From assembly GCA_041650995.1 (NCBI GenBank), contig JBAZJZ010000003.1, positions 22,662-86,661 of the forward strand: a stretch of 64,000 nucleotides of DNA, in the 5' to 3' direction. The stretch comes from Patescibacteria group bacterium (GTDB taxonomy: Bacteria > Patescibacteriota > Patescibacteriia > XYB2-FULL-38-15). Positions 39,015 through 48,997 of this stretch are shown piece after piece. A program made the translations under genes and the position numbers. Position 1 is the stretch's first letter, and each line of letters opens with the position of its first letter. Under the pieces are notes generated by a model. That model had not been told where the DNA came from and did not search any database. It saw only the letters and a list, made by a program, of their open reading frames with translations.

Positions 39015-39251
39015 ATGGAATTTTTGACGACAGTGCCGATTCTTTTTGGCCGCCCGGCGAATATTTGGCTGGGCATTATCTTGGGCGCGCTTTTATTATT
39101 CCAAATTTATCTCGGCATAATGATGACGCGCCGCGGCAGGATGAATCTTTTAAAGCTTCATAGGATCAACGCGATGTTGCTTTTAATCGCTGTTTTTTTT
39201 CACGCTTATTGGGGTTTGGGGATTTGGTTTTTTAATTTTACAATTAAATAA
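39015..39251 (+). CDS. small membrane protein (possible heme-b His pair)
   Basis: 2-3 TM with LHR..FHAY. Confidence 0.65.
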   Translation: MEFLTTVPILFGRPANIWLGIILGALLLFQIYLGIMMTRRGRMNLLKLHRINAMLLLIAVFFHAYWGLGIWFFNFTIK

Positions 39252-39256
39252 ATTTT

Positions 39257-39700
39257 ATGAAGAAAATTAATTTTATCATTTTTATTTTGGCGATTTTAGT
39301 TTTGGCGGGCGCGGGCTGTTATGGAGCATCACCCAATTTGACACCCGATACTAACGCGCCGGCTGCTAATGTTCCAGCGACAAATAATATTACGCCAACA
39401 AATGAAAATATTATTCCGCCGTCAGTCAACGTGGAACAACCAACCGGAGAAACTCCTAAAACGGCCACGGTTGTGATCCAGGATTACTCTTTTAATCCGC
39501 CGAGCGTGACCATTGCCGCGGGCGGCGAAGTAACGTGGACAAATAGCGATTTGGTAAATCATACCGTGACCGGCGAGGATTGGGGTAGCGAACTTTTTGG
39601 CAAAGACCGAAGTTTTACCAAAAAATTTGAAACGCCTGGAGTTTACCCATATCATTGCGCACCTCATCCGAATATGACTGGCAGAGTGGTTGTAAAATAA
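39257..39700 (+). CDS. cupredoxin (plastocyanin/azurin family) lipoprotein
   Basis: LAGAGC lipobox, WTN.D..NHTV, YHCAPHPNMTG. Confidence 0.9.
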   Translation: MKKINFIIFILAILVLAGAGCYGASPNLTPDTNAPAANVPATNNITPTNENIIPPSVNVEQPTGETPKTATVVIQDYSFNPPSVTIAAGGEVTWTNSDLVNHTVTGEDWGSELFGKDRSFTKKFETPGVYPYHCAPHPNMTGRVVVK

Positions 39701-39713
39701 TTTGAAAAATCGT

Positions 39714-40502
39714 ATGGCTCAAAAAATGTGGGTCTGTAATAATTGCGGTTTTATTCACTCCGGTGATAAGCCGCCAAAAAATTGCCCGCGATGCGGTTCG
39801 GAAGCGGAGGAATTTGATTTGATGCCGGTTAAGCCTTCTTTCGAACGCGCCAAAGTTTTGAAACCCACAGATTATTTGATTATTAATGGTTCAAAACATC
39901 GCGCTCATAACACCCGTCTCTTCACGGATATGGTTGCTGAAGTTTTCCGGGAGCAAAAAAAATCGTATCAAGTGATAAATTTGTGCGAATACAGGGTTGA
40001 TATGTGTTGGCATTGTTACTCCATGTTTCAAAATCTTTGCCATGACCCTTGTCAAAATCAGGACGATGACATGAAATATTTTTATCCTTTGCTCAAAAAG
40101 TGCAAGGGATTTATCATTGTCTCTCCGATAAATTGGAATAATATGTCGGCGCTTTTGAAACATTTTCTGGATCGATTGACCGCGGTGCAAAATATGTTTT
40201 TAGTAAATGGCACAACACCAATGCTCGGAAAAACTTGTGGCATAATTATAAACGGCCACGAAGATGGCGCTTACAAAACGGCGTTTGATATTATGATGTA
40301 TCTGCAAAATTTAGGTTGTGTGCTAGCGCCGTACGGGATTACTTATACAACGCACGGAGCGCAATATAAAACCGAAGAAGATAAAAATTATTTTGCGAAA
40401 GACAAGCGGGCTCGCGAATTTGTCCGGGCGGTAGCAAATAATGTGATAAAATTTTCCGAGGTAAAATTTGATTATAGAAAAATTATTCCGTCGGCAGAAT
40501 AA
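39714..40502 (+). CDS. rubredoxin-like domain fused to flavodoxin-like iron-sulfur flavoprotein/FMN reductase
   Basis: WVCNNCG..CPRCG; INGS, CWHC..C..PC, SPINW. Confidence 0.82.
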   Translation: MAQKMWVCNNCGFIHSGDKPPKNCPRCGSEAEEFDLMPVKPSFERAKVLKPTDYLIINGSKHRAHNTRLFTDMVAEVFREQKKSYQVINLCEYRVDMCWHCYSMFQNLCHDPCQNQDDDMKYFYPLLKKCKGFIIVSPINWNNMSALLKHFLDRLTAVQNMFLVNGTTPMLGKTCGIIINGHEDGAYKTAFDIMMYLQNLGCVLAPYGITYTTHGAQYKTEEDKNYFAKDKRAREFVRAVANNVIKFSEVKFDYRKIIPSAE

Positions 40503-40519
40503 TAATTAACCTGAAAAAT

Positions 40520-40738
40520 ATGATCCAAGACAACCAGGAAAATTTTGATAAATGCGGTTGTGAGTCGTGTCCGAGCTACAATGCCTGCATGCGCGGGGGC
40601 AATCAAAAACTTTTTTGTGGCAAAGACAAAAGTTCTTGCGAAGTTCCCATGAAAGGATGCACTTGCATGAATTGCGTTGTGCATCGGGAAAATAATCTTA
40701 CGTCGGGGTATTATTGTTTAAAAGGAAAAGAAGAATAA
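40520..40738 (+). CDS. DUF2769-like Cys-rich protein
   Basis: C.C..CPSY..C..LFC..C..GC.C..C..YYC. Confidence 0.75.
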   Translation: MIQDNQENFDKCGCESCPSYNACMRGGNQKLFCGKDKSSCEVPMKGCTCMNCVVHRENNLTSGYYCLKGKEE

Positions 40739-40760
40739 TTTAATTTTTAATTTTATTTTT

Positions 40761-40928
40761 ATGGCAGTAAAAAACATCGGAGAAAAATATCGCTGCAATG
40801 TTTGCGGAAACGAAACAACTGTCACGGAAGTTGGTGGAGGGACTTTGGTTTGTTGTGAAGAAGAGATGGAATTAATGGAAGAAGCGGGAAGCGAAGAAGA
40901 AGGGGAATCGGAAGAAGAAAAAATTTAA
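40761..40928 (+). CDS. desulforedoxin (FeS4 domain) with acidic tail; missed by the ORF track
   Basis: MAVKNIGEKYRCNVCGN..GGGTLVCCEEEM; 55 aa. Confidence 0.88.
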   Translation: MAVKNIGEKYRCNVCGNETTVTEVGGGTLVCCEEEMELMEEAGSEEEGESEEEKI

Positions 40929-40948
40929 CAACAGTTTAAATTTTTGAT

Positions 40949-41509
40949 ATGTCCAAAACTCAAGAAAATTTACGAAAAGCATTTGCCGGAGAAGCGATGG
41001 CTCGCGATAAATATACTTTCTTTGCGAAGAAAGCGCGCGAGGAAGGCTTTGAGGGAATTGCCAGAATTTTTGAAGAAACGGCAGACAACGAACGGGCGCA
41101 CGCCGAGCGCGAAATTAGTTTTATGAAAGGTGAAGTGACCACAAGTTTTCTAAATTATGGTGTGGCGGAGGTCGGCAGCACGGCGGAAAATTTGGAAGCA
41201 GCGGCGGCCGGAGAACATTGGGAGTGGAATGAAATGTATCCCGGTTTTGAAAAAATCGCCCGCGAAGAAGGAGAAAATGAAATTGCCGACATGTTCAAAG
41301 AAATCGCCGAAGTTGAGGAGCAGCATGAAAAAAGATATCAGATTATTTTGGCAAAAGTGAAAGAAAAAATGGTTTTCAAAACCGAGCAGCCGATTCGTTG
41401 GAAATGTTTAAATTGCGGTTATATTCACGAAGGGCCCGAAGCGCCGGCCAAGTGCCCAGCCTGCGGCAAGCCCCGCGCTTACTACGAACCGTGGTGTCAG
41501 AATTATTAA
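40949..41509 (+). CDS. rbr: rubrerythrin
   Basis: AFAGE..A, E.AH, GE..E...MY, E.QH, C-terminal CLNCGY..CPAC. Confidence 0.95.
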   Translation: MSKTQENLRKAFAGEAMARDKYTFFAKKAREEGFEGIARIFEETADNERAHAEREISFMKGEVTTSFLNYGVAEVGSTAENLEAAAAGEHWEWNEMYPGFEKIAREEGENEIADMFKEIAEVEEQHEKRYQIILAKVKEKMVFKTEQPIRWKCLNCGYIHEGPEAPAKCPACGKPRAYYEPWCQNY

Positions 41510-41562
41510 AGTAAAAATTTGATAAATAAAAAATCCGTCTGCCAAATTAGCGACGGATTTTT

Positions 41563-41639
41563 TGGTGGGCGGCACAGGAGTCGAACCTGTGACCTTTACA
41601 ATGTCAATGTAACGCTCTAACCAGCTGAGCTAGCCGCCC
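41563..41639 (-). tRNA. tRNA-Val(GAC), CCA encoded
   Basis: TTACA-TTGACAT-TGTAA anticodon arm, GGGCGGC acceptor. Confidence 0.95.
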
Positions 41640-41665
41640 TCGGTATCTAGTAGTATTTTATACAA

Positions 41666-42823
41666 TTATTTTTTTAAAAGCAAATTCATTTTTATCTCTT
41701 CAATAATTTCTTTTTCCGCGTCAGTGAGTTTCATGCCCGTAAGACAGAATTGTTTGAAATCTTTTCCACCCTCGGCGGCGTGGGAAATCAGCCTATCGGC
41801 GGTGGCGCCTTTTAGGGACTTGATTAGACAGCAGATTTTTGTTTCGGGAGAATTAAGGTAAGGAATTTCATAAAAAAGAACAACAATATTCGCGTCAGGA
41901 GAATTGGCAATCAGCTCGTCGATTACTTCGGGCAATTCCTCAACTTCCGCACCGGAAGTTATAAAATCATCGCGCGTTAAGAGCGACCAGACTATTTTTG
42001 CCGACGGATCGTTTTTCAAACGCATTAAAACTCTGCCCCAGAGTTTTAGGGTACCTATTGTTTTTGTCTGATAAAGATTTTTGATAATTTCTTCGCGTCG
42101 GGCGCCGCGGGCGATGAGTTGTGAAGCGATGCCCAAAGTTCTTGGCGTGACATTTGGAGATTTGAAACTTCTGGTTTTAGAAATCATTCCTGCCAAAAGT
42201 AGTGTGGCGATTTCTTCATCAATCAAACGCGGGTCAAGCGATTCTAAAAAGTTGAAAAGAGTTTCCGCGGTGGAAGTGGAATTCATTTCCACGAGATTAA
42301 TTTGGCCGAATTGTTCGTTGGAAGGACTATGGTCAATATTTACGACCGGCGTGCGATAGAAAAAATCTGAATTTTGTTGATAAACATTTCCCAACGATTC
42401 AAGATCCGGCGTATCGAGAACGACGGCGAGATCGTAGCGGTAATCGGAAAGAGCGGTGGAAATATTTTTAGCGTCAATATTTTTTTCTTCCGGCGCGACA
42501 AAAATATTTAATTTGTTTCCCTGCATTTCATAATGTAGATCGCCGATTCGGTTTTCGGCCACGTCCAAGCTGATAATTAATTTTCTTAAATTATTGATAG
42601 TCGGTTTGATGGCGCCGACTTCAGGAAGAAAGGTGAATTTTTTCGGTGCGGAAAAACCATCAGAAGCAACGTCAACCATTGGTTTTCCGAGTTTTTTTAA
42701 AACGGAACGCAAAGCTAAACTAGTGGCGACGGCATCGCCGCTCCAGTTTTTGCGGAAAGCAATCAAGGGATGACTGCTTTTTTGCATTGTTTCAAATATT
42801 TGTTGGTTTAGGTTTAACGCCAC
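41666..42823 (-). CDS. DHH-family phosphoesterase (NrnA-like, degenerate motifs)
   Basis: GDAVA, VLDT, NIDHS, STSTAE. Confidence 0.8.
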   Translation of the reverse strand: MALNLNQQIFETMQKSSHPLIAFRKNWSGDAVATSLALRSVLKKLGKPMVDVASDGFSAPKKFTFLPEVGAIKPTINNLRKLIISLDVAENRIGDLHYEMQGNKLNIFVAPEEKNIDAKNISTALSDYRYDLAVVLDTPDLESLGNVYQQNSDFFYRTPVVNIDHSPSNEQFGQINLVEMNSTSTAETLFNFLESLDPRLIDEEIATLLLAGMISKTRSFKSPNVTPRTLGIASQLIARGARREEIIKNLYQTKTIGTLKLWGRVLMRLKNDPSAKIVWSLLTRDDFITSGAEVEELPEVIDELIANSPDANIVVLFYEIPYLNSPETKICCLIKSLKGATADRLISHAAEGGKDFKQFCLTGMKLTDAEKEIIEEIKMNLLLKK

Positions 42824-42973
42824 AAGTGCTTCTTTAAGCTAAAAATTTAATTAGTATAGTAGTATAGTTTAAGGTTAAGATAGTGTCAATTGTGCATAAG
42901 ATTGTTATTTTAAGGTTTTTTTGTTAGAATAAAGGAATTAAAATCAGTTAAATTTGGCAATATTTGTTTATTT

Positions 42974-45409
42974 ATGCCAGAGCTAGAGAAAGCTTACAAT
43001 CCAAAGGCCGTGGAAGACGGGATTTACGAGAAATGGGAGAAATCTGGGTATTTTAATCCAGATAATTTATCGCGTCAAGGAAGGCCGTATTCCATTGTTA
43101 TGCCGCCGCCGAACGTCACTGGGACCTTGCATTTGGGCCATGCCGTGATGCTTGCGATTGAAGATATTTTGATTCGCTATCACAGGATGCGGGGTGATAG
43201 AACTTTATGGCTCCCGGGCACGGATCACGCGGCTATTGCCACTCAAACCAAAGTGGAAAAAATTTTAAAAGAACGAGAAGGAAAAACCCGCCATGATTTG
43301 GGCCGGGAAAAATTTTTAGCTGAAGTGGATAAATTTATCACGAGTACAAAAAGCACCATAAAAAATCAGATTCGGAAAATGGGGTCGTCTTGCGATTGGT
43401 CGCGCGAAGCGTATACATTAGACGAGCCCCGTTCGCGGGCGGTACGCACGGTTTTCAAAATGATGCATGACGACGGTTTAATTTATCGTGGCGAGCGGAT
43501 TGTGAATTGGTGCCCGGGATGCGGTTCAACTTTGGCTGATGATGAAGTGGAATATAAAACGCAAAAAGCTAAATTTTATACTTTTAAATATAGTAAAGAT
43601 TTTCCGTTTGCCATTGCGACGACCCGACCGGAAACAAAATTGGGCGACATGGCCGTGGCGGTTAATCCCGAAGACTCGCGTTATAAAAAATATGTTGGGA
43701 AAACATACGAGGTGAATTTTGTCGGCGTGCCATTGAAAATAAAAATTATTGCCGACCGGTCGATTGATATGGTTTTTGGCACAGGCGCGCTTGGCGTAAC
43801 GCCGGCTCACTCCACGGCCGACTGGCAGATGGCCGAGAAAAATGATTTGCCGATTATAAAAGTAATTGATGAACAAGGAAAAATCAGAGATGGTTTTACG
43901 GAATATTCCGGAAAATCCACGACCGCGGCGCGGGAGATGATTGTAGAAAAAATAAAAACCGCCGGACTTTTGGAAAAAGAAGAAGAAATAGAAAATAACT
44001 TATCAATTTGTTATCGTTGCGGCACGCCGGTTGAACCGTTGCCGTCGCTCCAGTGGTTTATTGATGTAAATAAAAAAATTAAAAAATATAAAAAATCTTT
44101 AAAGGAATTGTCACTTGAGGCGGTTAAAAAAGGTGTTTTTGGCCAGAAAAAGATAGAGATTATTCCCGAGCAATTTGAAAAAGTTTATTTTCATTGGATG
44201 GAAAATTTGCGCGACTGGTGCATTTCTCGCCAGATTTGGTTTGGCCATCGCGTCCCGGTTTGGTATAAAGAAAAAGAAATTTATGTTGGCATTGAGGCGC
44301 CGCAAGGTGAGGGTTGGACACAGGATCCAGATACGCTTGACACCTGGTTTTCCTCCGGGCTTTGGACTTTTTCAACTTTGGGCTGGCCGGAAAAAACAAA
44401 AGATTTGAAAAATTTTCATCCGACAGCAGTTTTGGAGACGGGTTATGACATTTTATTTTTCTGGATCGCGAGAATGATTTTGATGACGACTTATGTTTTG
44501 GGAGATATTCCTTTCAAAAACGTCTATCTGCACGGACTGGTCCGCGACGAGAAGGGTAAAAAAATGAGCAAGTCTCTCGGCAATATTATTGATCCATTAG
44601 ATATGATAGAAAAATACGGCACGGACGCGGTGCGCCTTTCTTTGGTGCTTGGCACTTCGCCGGGCAATGACATGAAATTGAGTGATGAAAAAATCGCTGG
44701 CTTCAGAAATTTTACGAATAAATTGTGGAACATATCACGTTATATATTAATGAATGTAAAGGATACAAGTATTGATACAAGGAACATAAAACCCAAAGAG
44801 AGGGCTGATAAATGGATTTTATATTACTTTAATGAACTTAAGAGCGATCAAGTCAAAAAGCATAAAGACTTTGGACAAGTTTCTGGGGGTGTAACGGGGA
44901 AATTAAACGTCTTTCAATTTTCTAACGCTGGTTTTGAACTGAGAAATTTTACATGGAGTCAGTTAGCTGATCACTATTTAGAAATGGCAAAGGGCAGAAA
45001 AGATAAAGTAAAAGACCAAATTTTGATATATATTTTGAAAGATTTATTGAAACTTTGGCACCCCTTTATGCCATTTGTGACAGAACATATTTGGCAAATG
45101 TTGGGTGAAAAAGAAATGCTTATTGTCCAAGAATGGCCCAAATTTGATAAGCGGTTTGAGAAATTTAAAAAAGAGGCAAAATTATTTGAGGACGAGATGC
45201 TTCTTGCTAATGCCGGTAAAGAAAAAATACGGTTGGAAAAAGAACTAGCAGAAGCGGAAAAATATTTAGGAATTTTAGAAAATAAATTATCTAATAAAGA
45301 ATTTCTCGCCAACGCGCCAAAAGAGTTGGTGGCTGGGGAAAAAGAAAAATTGGAATCGCAGAAAGAGAAAGTTCAAAAAATTAAAGATCAATTAAAAACT
45401 TTGTCATAA
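42974..45409 (+). CDS. valS: valine--tRNA ligase
   Basis: PPPNVTGTLHLGH, GTDHA, DWCISRQIWFGH, DTWFSS, KMSKS. Confidence 0.97.
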   Translation: MPELEKAYNPKAVEDGIYEKWEKSGYFNPDNLSRQGRPYSIVMPPPNVTGTLHLGHAVMLAIEDILIRYHRMRGDRTLWLPGTDHAAIATQTKVEKILKEREGKTRHDLGREKFLAEVDKFITSTKSTIKNQIRKMGSSCDWSREAYTLDEPRSRAVRTVFKMMHDDGLIYRGERIVNWCPGCGSTLADDEVEYKTQKAKFYTFKYSKDFPFAIATTRPETKLGDMAVAVNPEDSRYKKYVGKTYEVNFVGVPLKIKIIADRSIDMVFGTGALGVTPAHSTADWQMAEKNDLPIIKVIDEQGKIRDGFTEYSGKSTTAAREMIVEKIKTAGLLEKEEEIENNLSICYRCGTPVEPLPSLQWFIDVNKKIKKYKKSLKELSLEAVKKGVFGQKKIEIIPEQFEKVYFHWMENLRDWCISRQIWFGHRVPVWYKEKEIYVGIEAPQGEGWTQDPDTLDTWFSSGLWTFSTLGWPEKTKDLKNFHPTAVLETGYDILFFWIARMILMTTYVLGDIPFKNVYLHGLVRDEKGKKMSKSLGNIIDPLDMIEKYGTDAVRLSLVLGTSPGNDMKLSDEKIAGFRNFTNKLWNISRYILMNVKDTSIDTRNIKPKERADKWILYYFNELKSDQVKKHKDFGQVSGGVTGKLNVFQFSNAGFELRNFTWSQLADHYLEMAKGRKDKVKDQILIYILKDLLKLWHPFMPFVTEHIWQMLGEKEMLIVQEWPKFDKRFEKFKKEAKLFEDEMLLANAGKEKIRLEKELAEAEKYLGILENKLSNKEFLANAPKELVAGEKEKLESQKEKVQKIKDQLKTLS

Positions 45410-45413
45410 ATTT

Positions 45414-46754
45414 ATGAAAGTGAGCACCGATGAAAAAAAAATCCAAGAGTTTCTGACGCGGGGGGTGGAAAATGTTTATCCGTCACGCGAAGAATTTGAA
45501 AAAGCGCTGCGAAGTGGAAAACAACTTACCATTTATAATGGTATTGACCCGACCGGTCTGACGCTTCATATTGGCCATGGCGTAGTGCTTTTAAAATTGC
45601 GCCAGTTGCAGGAACTCGGTCATAAAATAATTTTGTTGATTGGTGATTTTACCGGAATGATCGGCGATCCGACCGACAAGACGGCGACGAGAAAAAAATT
45701 AACGCGTAAAGAAGTGTTAGTAAATTGTAAAAATTACGCCAAGCAGGCCGGAAAGATTTTGGATATGAAAAAAGTCGATCTCAAATATAACAGTAAGTGG
45801 CTGGGGAAATTGAAATTTGCCGATATCGTGGAGTTGGCTTCTCATTTTACTGTACAGAGGATGCGTGAGCGAGATATGTTTTTAGAGAGAATGGCAGTAT
45901 GGGCCGCATGTAGACATTGTAAAAATAAATTTATTTCCCCGATACAGTTTAGTAAAGAAAGTTTTGATACAGCTCAGCTAAGTGGAAACACCACAGTTTG
46001 CCCGAATTGTCATAAGATAACAGGTTTAGATAAAAGTGATTTAATTTTTGAAACAGAACCAGTTTATCTTCATGAATTTTTGTATCCCCTGATGCAAGCG
46101 TATGACAGTGTGGCCATGGATGTTGATGCAGAAGTTGGCGGTAACGACCAGACATTTAATATGTTGGCTGGACGCGATTTAATGAAAGAATTAAAAAATA
46201 AAGAAAAATTTGTTTTGACGACGAAATTGCTCGTTGATCCGACCGGGAAAAAGATGGGCAAGACTGAAGGAAATATGGTGACGCTTGAAGATACACCGGA
46301 AGAGATGTATGGGAAAGTGATGAGCTGGCCGGATACTTTAATGCCCGTGGCTTTTGAAATTTGTACGCGCGTGCCAACGGATGAAATAAAAAATATTTTA
46401 GCCGGCGATCCGCGCGATGCAAAAATGCGCTTGGCGCGGGAAATTGTGACGTTGTATCATTCAGCCAAGGATGCGGAGAAGGCGGAAGAAAATTTTATTA
46501 AAGTTTTTCAGAAAAAAGAAGCGCCAAGTGAAGTTTTAAGTTTTAAGTTAAAAGTTAAAAGTTTAAACATCCTTGATTTGCTTGTGGAAACTAAACTGGC
46601 GGCGAGCAAGGGCGAAGCGCGAAGATTAGTGGAACAGGGCGGCGTAAAGGTGGGCGACCAAATTATTAATGATATTAACGCCGTAATAGAAATTCCTGCC
46701 GAGGGAGTTTTGATTCAAAAAGGAAAAAGACATTTTGTAAAAGTTAAAAGTTAA
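45414..46754 (+). CDS. tyrS: tyrosine--tRNA ligase with zinc-ribbon insertion
   Basis: GIDPT..HIGH, YPLMQAYD, GGNDQ.FN, KMGKT, S4 domain. Confidence 0.96.
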   Translation: MKVSTDEKKIQEFLTRGVENVYPSREEFEKALRSGKQLTIYNGIDPTGLTLHIGHGVVLLKLRQLQELGHKIILLIGDFTGMIGDPTDKTATRKKLTRKEVLVNCKNYAKQAGKILDMKKVDLKYNSKWLGKLKFADIVELASHFTVQRMRERDMFLERMAVWAACRHCKNKFISPIQFSKESFDTAQLSGNTTVCPNCHKITGLDKSDLIFETEPVYLHEFLYPLMQAYDSVAMDVDAEVGGNDQTFNMLAGRDLMKELKNKEKFVLTTKLLVDPTGKKMGKTEGNMVTLEDTPEEMYGKVMSWPDTLMPVAFEICTRVPTDEIKNILAGDPRDAKMRLAREIVTLYHSAKDAEKAEENFIKVFQKKEAPSEVLSFKLKVKSLNILDLLVETKLAASKGEARRLVEQGGVKVGDQIINDINAVIEIPAEGVLIQKGKRHFVKVKS

Positions 46755-46760
46755 AATTCC

Positions 46761-48476
46761 ATGTGGTTAAAAATAAAAAAAGAAGTTACTGGTTTGGTTA
46801 AGAAAAATTTTCCAGATCTTCCAATCTCGGAAGAAGATTTTGCTTTTCCACCGAATCCGGAATTTGGAGACTTGTCTTTGCCATGTTTTAATTTTACCAA
46901 GGCGCTTGGAAATTCGCCGCTGGAAATCGCTAAAGAACTGGGTGAAAAAATTGAGCCATCCGGTATTGTCGGGAAAATTGTCGCGGCCGGGCCGTATCTT
47001 AATTTTTTTCTTGATAAAAGAGAAATGGCAAGATTGGTTTTAAACCAAATTTTGAAAGAAAAAGAAAAATTCGGAAACAGCAAGATAGGAAAAGGGAAGA
47101 GAGTGATGATAGAATTTTCCAATGCCAATACTCATAAAGAATATCATGTTGGCCATCTTCGAAATCTTTGTTACGGCGACGCGGTGACGCGATTGCTTTC
47201 CGCTTCCGGGCACAAAGCGATTCCCGTTTCATATATTAATGATTTTGGAATTCACGTTGCCAAGACACTTTGGTTTATGGAGAAGGATCAACATGCTCAA
47301 GGGATAATAAAGCAAAACACTGTTGAAGATAAAGGTTTCTTTTTGGGTAGGATGTATTCAGCTGCAACAAAAAAGATTGATGAAATCGGGGATAATGCAA
47401 AAAAGGAAGTTGGAGAATACATGACAAAAATTGAAAGTCGGCGCGGTCCGGAATATAAATTTTGGCAAGAGACGCGGGAGTGGAGCATCAAACAATTCGC
47501 GGAAATTTATGAAGAGATGGGCGTTAGTTTTGATAATATTTTTTACGAAAGCGAAGTGATTGATGAAGGCAGAAAAATAGTGGAGGAACTTTACCAAAAA
47601 AAATTTTTGGTAAAAAGTCAGGGAGCGATTATTGCCAATTTGGAAAAATACAATCTTGGCGTTCTGCTTTTTTTGCGCTCCGACGGGACGGCGCTTTATC
47701 CCGTGGCAGATCTGCCGCTCGCGTTAAAGAAGTTTAAAAAATATAAATTGAATGAATCGATTTATGTGGTTGACGTTCGGCAGAGTTTGTATTTTGAGCA
47801 GTTATTTAAAATTTTAGAATTGCTAGGATATAAACAAAAGATGGTTCATTTGGGATATGAATTTGTAAAATTGCCGTCGGGAATGATGTCTTCGCGCACA
47901 GGTAATGTCATTACTTATGAAGAATTACGGGAAGAGGCAATGAAGCGGGCAATTGACGAAACAACAAAACGCCATGCTAACTGGAGCGAAGAACAAATTA
48001 AGGAGACGGCGAAAAAAATTGTTGTTGGAGCGATGAGATTTGAAATGGTAAAAGTTGGTAAAGAACAAACAATCACTTTTGATATTGACAGAGCACTACA
48101 TTTTGAGGGTTTTACCGCCGCGTATCTGCAATACACGCACGCGAGAATTTGTTCCATTATTCGCAAGGCGGGAATAAAGATATCGGGGAAAATTGATTTT
48201 GATAAATTCAGAGAAAAATGGGAATATAATTTAGTGATTGAATTGGCGAAGTTTCCAGAGATTTTGGAAAAAGCGGCGCGCACTTATAGCCCAGCGGTGT
48301 TGGCTGATTATCTTTATGATTTGGCAAAAATTTTCAGTGATTTTTATCGAGATGTCAAAGTGATTGGAGCTGATCCGGAAGCGGGAAAAGCGAGAATTGC
48401 CCTAATTCACGCGGTGAAAATTGTTTTAGCTAAAGGTTTGGCAATTTTGGGCATGGCCGCGCCGGAAGAAATGTAG
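46761..48476 (+). CDS. argS: arginine--tRNA ligase
   Basis: HVGHLRN, NDFG, RSDGT.LY, MSSRTG, YLQYTHAR, C-terminal PEEM. Confidence 0.96.
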   Translation: MWLKIKKEVTGLVKKNFPDLPISEEDFAFPPNPEFGDLSLPCFNFTKALGNSPLEIAKELGEKIEPSGIVGKIVAAGPYLNFFLDKREMARLVLNQILKEKEKFGNSKIGKGKRVMIEFSNANTHKEYHVGHLRNLCYGDAVTRLLSASGHKAIPVSYINDFGIHVAKTLWFMEKDQHAQGIIKQNTVEDKGFFLGRMYSAATKKIDEIGDNAKKEVGEYMTKIESRRGPEYKFWQETREWSIKQFAEIYEEMGVSFDNIFYESEVIDEGRKIVEELYQKKFLVKSQGAIIANLEKYNLGVLLFLRSDGTALYPVADLPLALKKFKKYKLNESIYVVDVRQSLYFEQLFKILELLGYKQKMVHLGYEFVKLPSGMMSSRTGNVITYEELREEAMKRAIDETTKRHANWSEEQIKETAKKIVVGAMRFEMVKVGKEQTITFDIDRALHFEGFTAAYLQYTHARICSIIRKAGIKISGKIDFDKFREKWEYNLVIELAKFPEILEKAARTYSPAVLADYLYDLAKIFSDFYRDVKVIGADPEAGKARIALIHAVKIVLAKGLAILGMAAPEEM

Positions 48477-48547
48477 GTCTTGTTTTAGAGATTTTAAGAT
48501 GGTAAAATAAAAGAGTGATTTTAAAATTAGGTTTAAAATTAAAACTT

Positions 48548-48955
48548 ATGTTTAAAGAAATGTATCCAAAAGAAGGAGGGGATGTAGAGACAATCATTGG
48601 GCCTTCGGTAAAAGTTGAGGGAGATTTTACAAGCAAGGGTAATGTGACCGTGGAAGGAGTGGTTCACGGGTCTTTAAAAACTGAAAAAGATTTGAAAGTC
48701 GGAGTGGGCGCGAAAATTTCCGCCAGCGTTTTTGCCAACAATGCTTTTATTGCCGGAGAGGTTAAGGGTAATGTAAAAGCGAGCGGTCGGCTGGAGCTTA
48801 CTGACACTTCAAAAATTTATGGCGACATCGAAGCCAAAACAATCATAATGTCTGCTGGAGCATTGATGAATGGAAAATGTACGATGTGCAACGACGCCCT
48901 GCCGCTTCCCCATCTTCAAGATAACGACGCCCTGAAAAAGAATAACAAAAAGTAG
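48548..48955 (+). CDS. bactofilin (polymer-forming cytoskeletal protein)
   Basis: ETIIGPSVKVEGDF, G.V.GN, GA..NGKC.M. Confidence 0.9.
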   Translation: MFKEMYPKEGGDVETIIGPSVKVEGDFTSKGNVTVEGVVHGSLKTEKDLKVGVGAKISASVFANNAFIAGEVKGNVKASGRLELTDTSKIYGDIEAKTIIMSAGALMNGKCTMCNDALPLPHLQDNDALKKNNKK

Positions 48956-48997
48956 CCACGGTTTTGTATTTTTGAGTTTCGTTTTTAGTTTTTTGTT

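Noticed and set aside
42824-42973. T-box leaders for valS or ileS
   Set aside because: Intergenic regions are short and AT-rich and lack the T-box consensus.
45891-46055. intein or intron in tyrS
   Set aside because: Too short, lacks the C/S start and HN end, and shows no group I/II structure.
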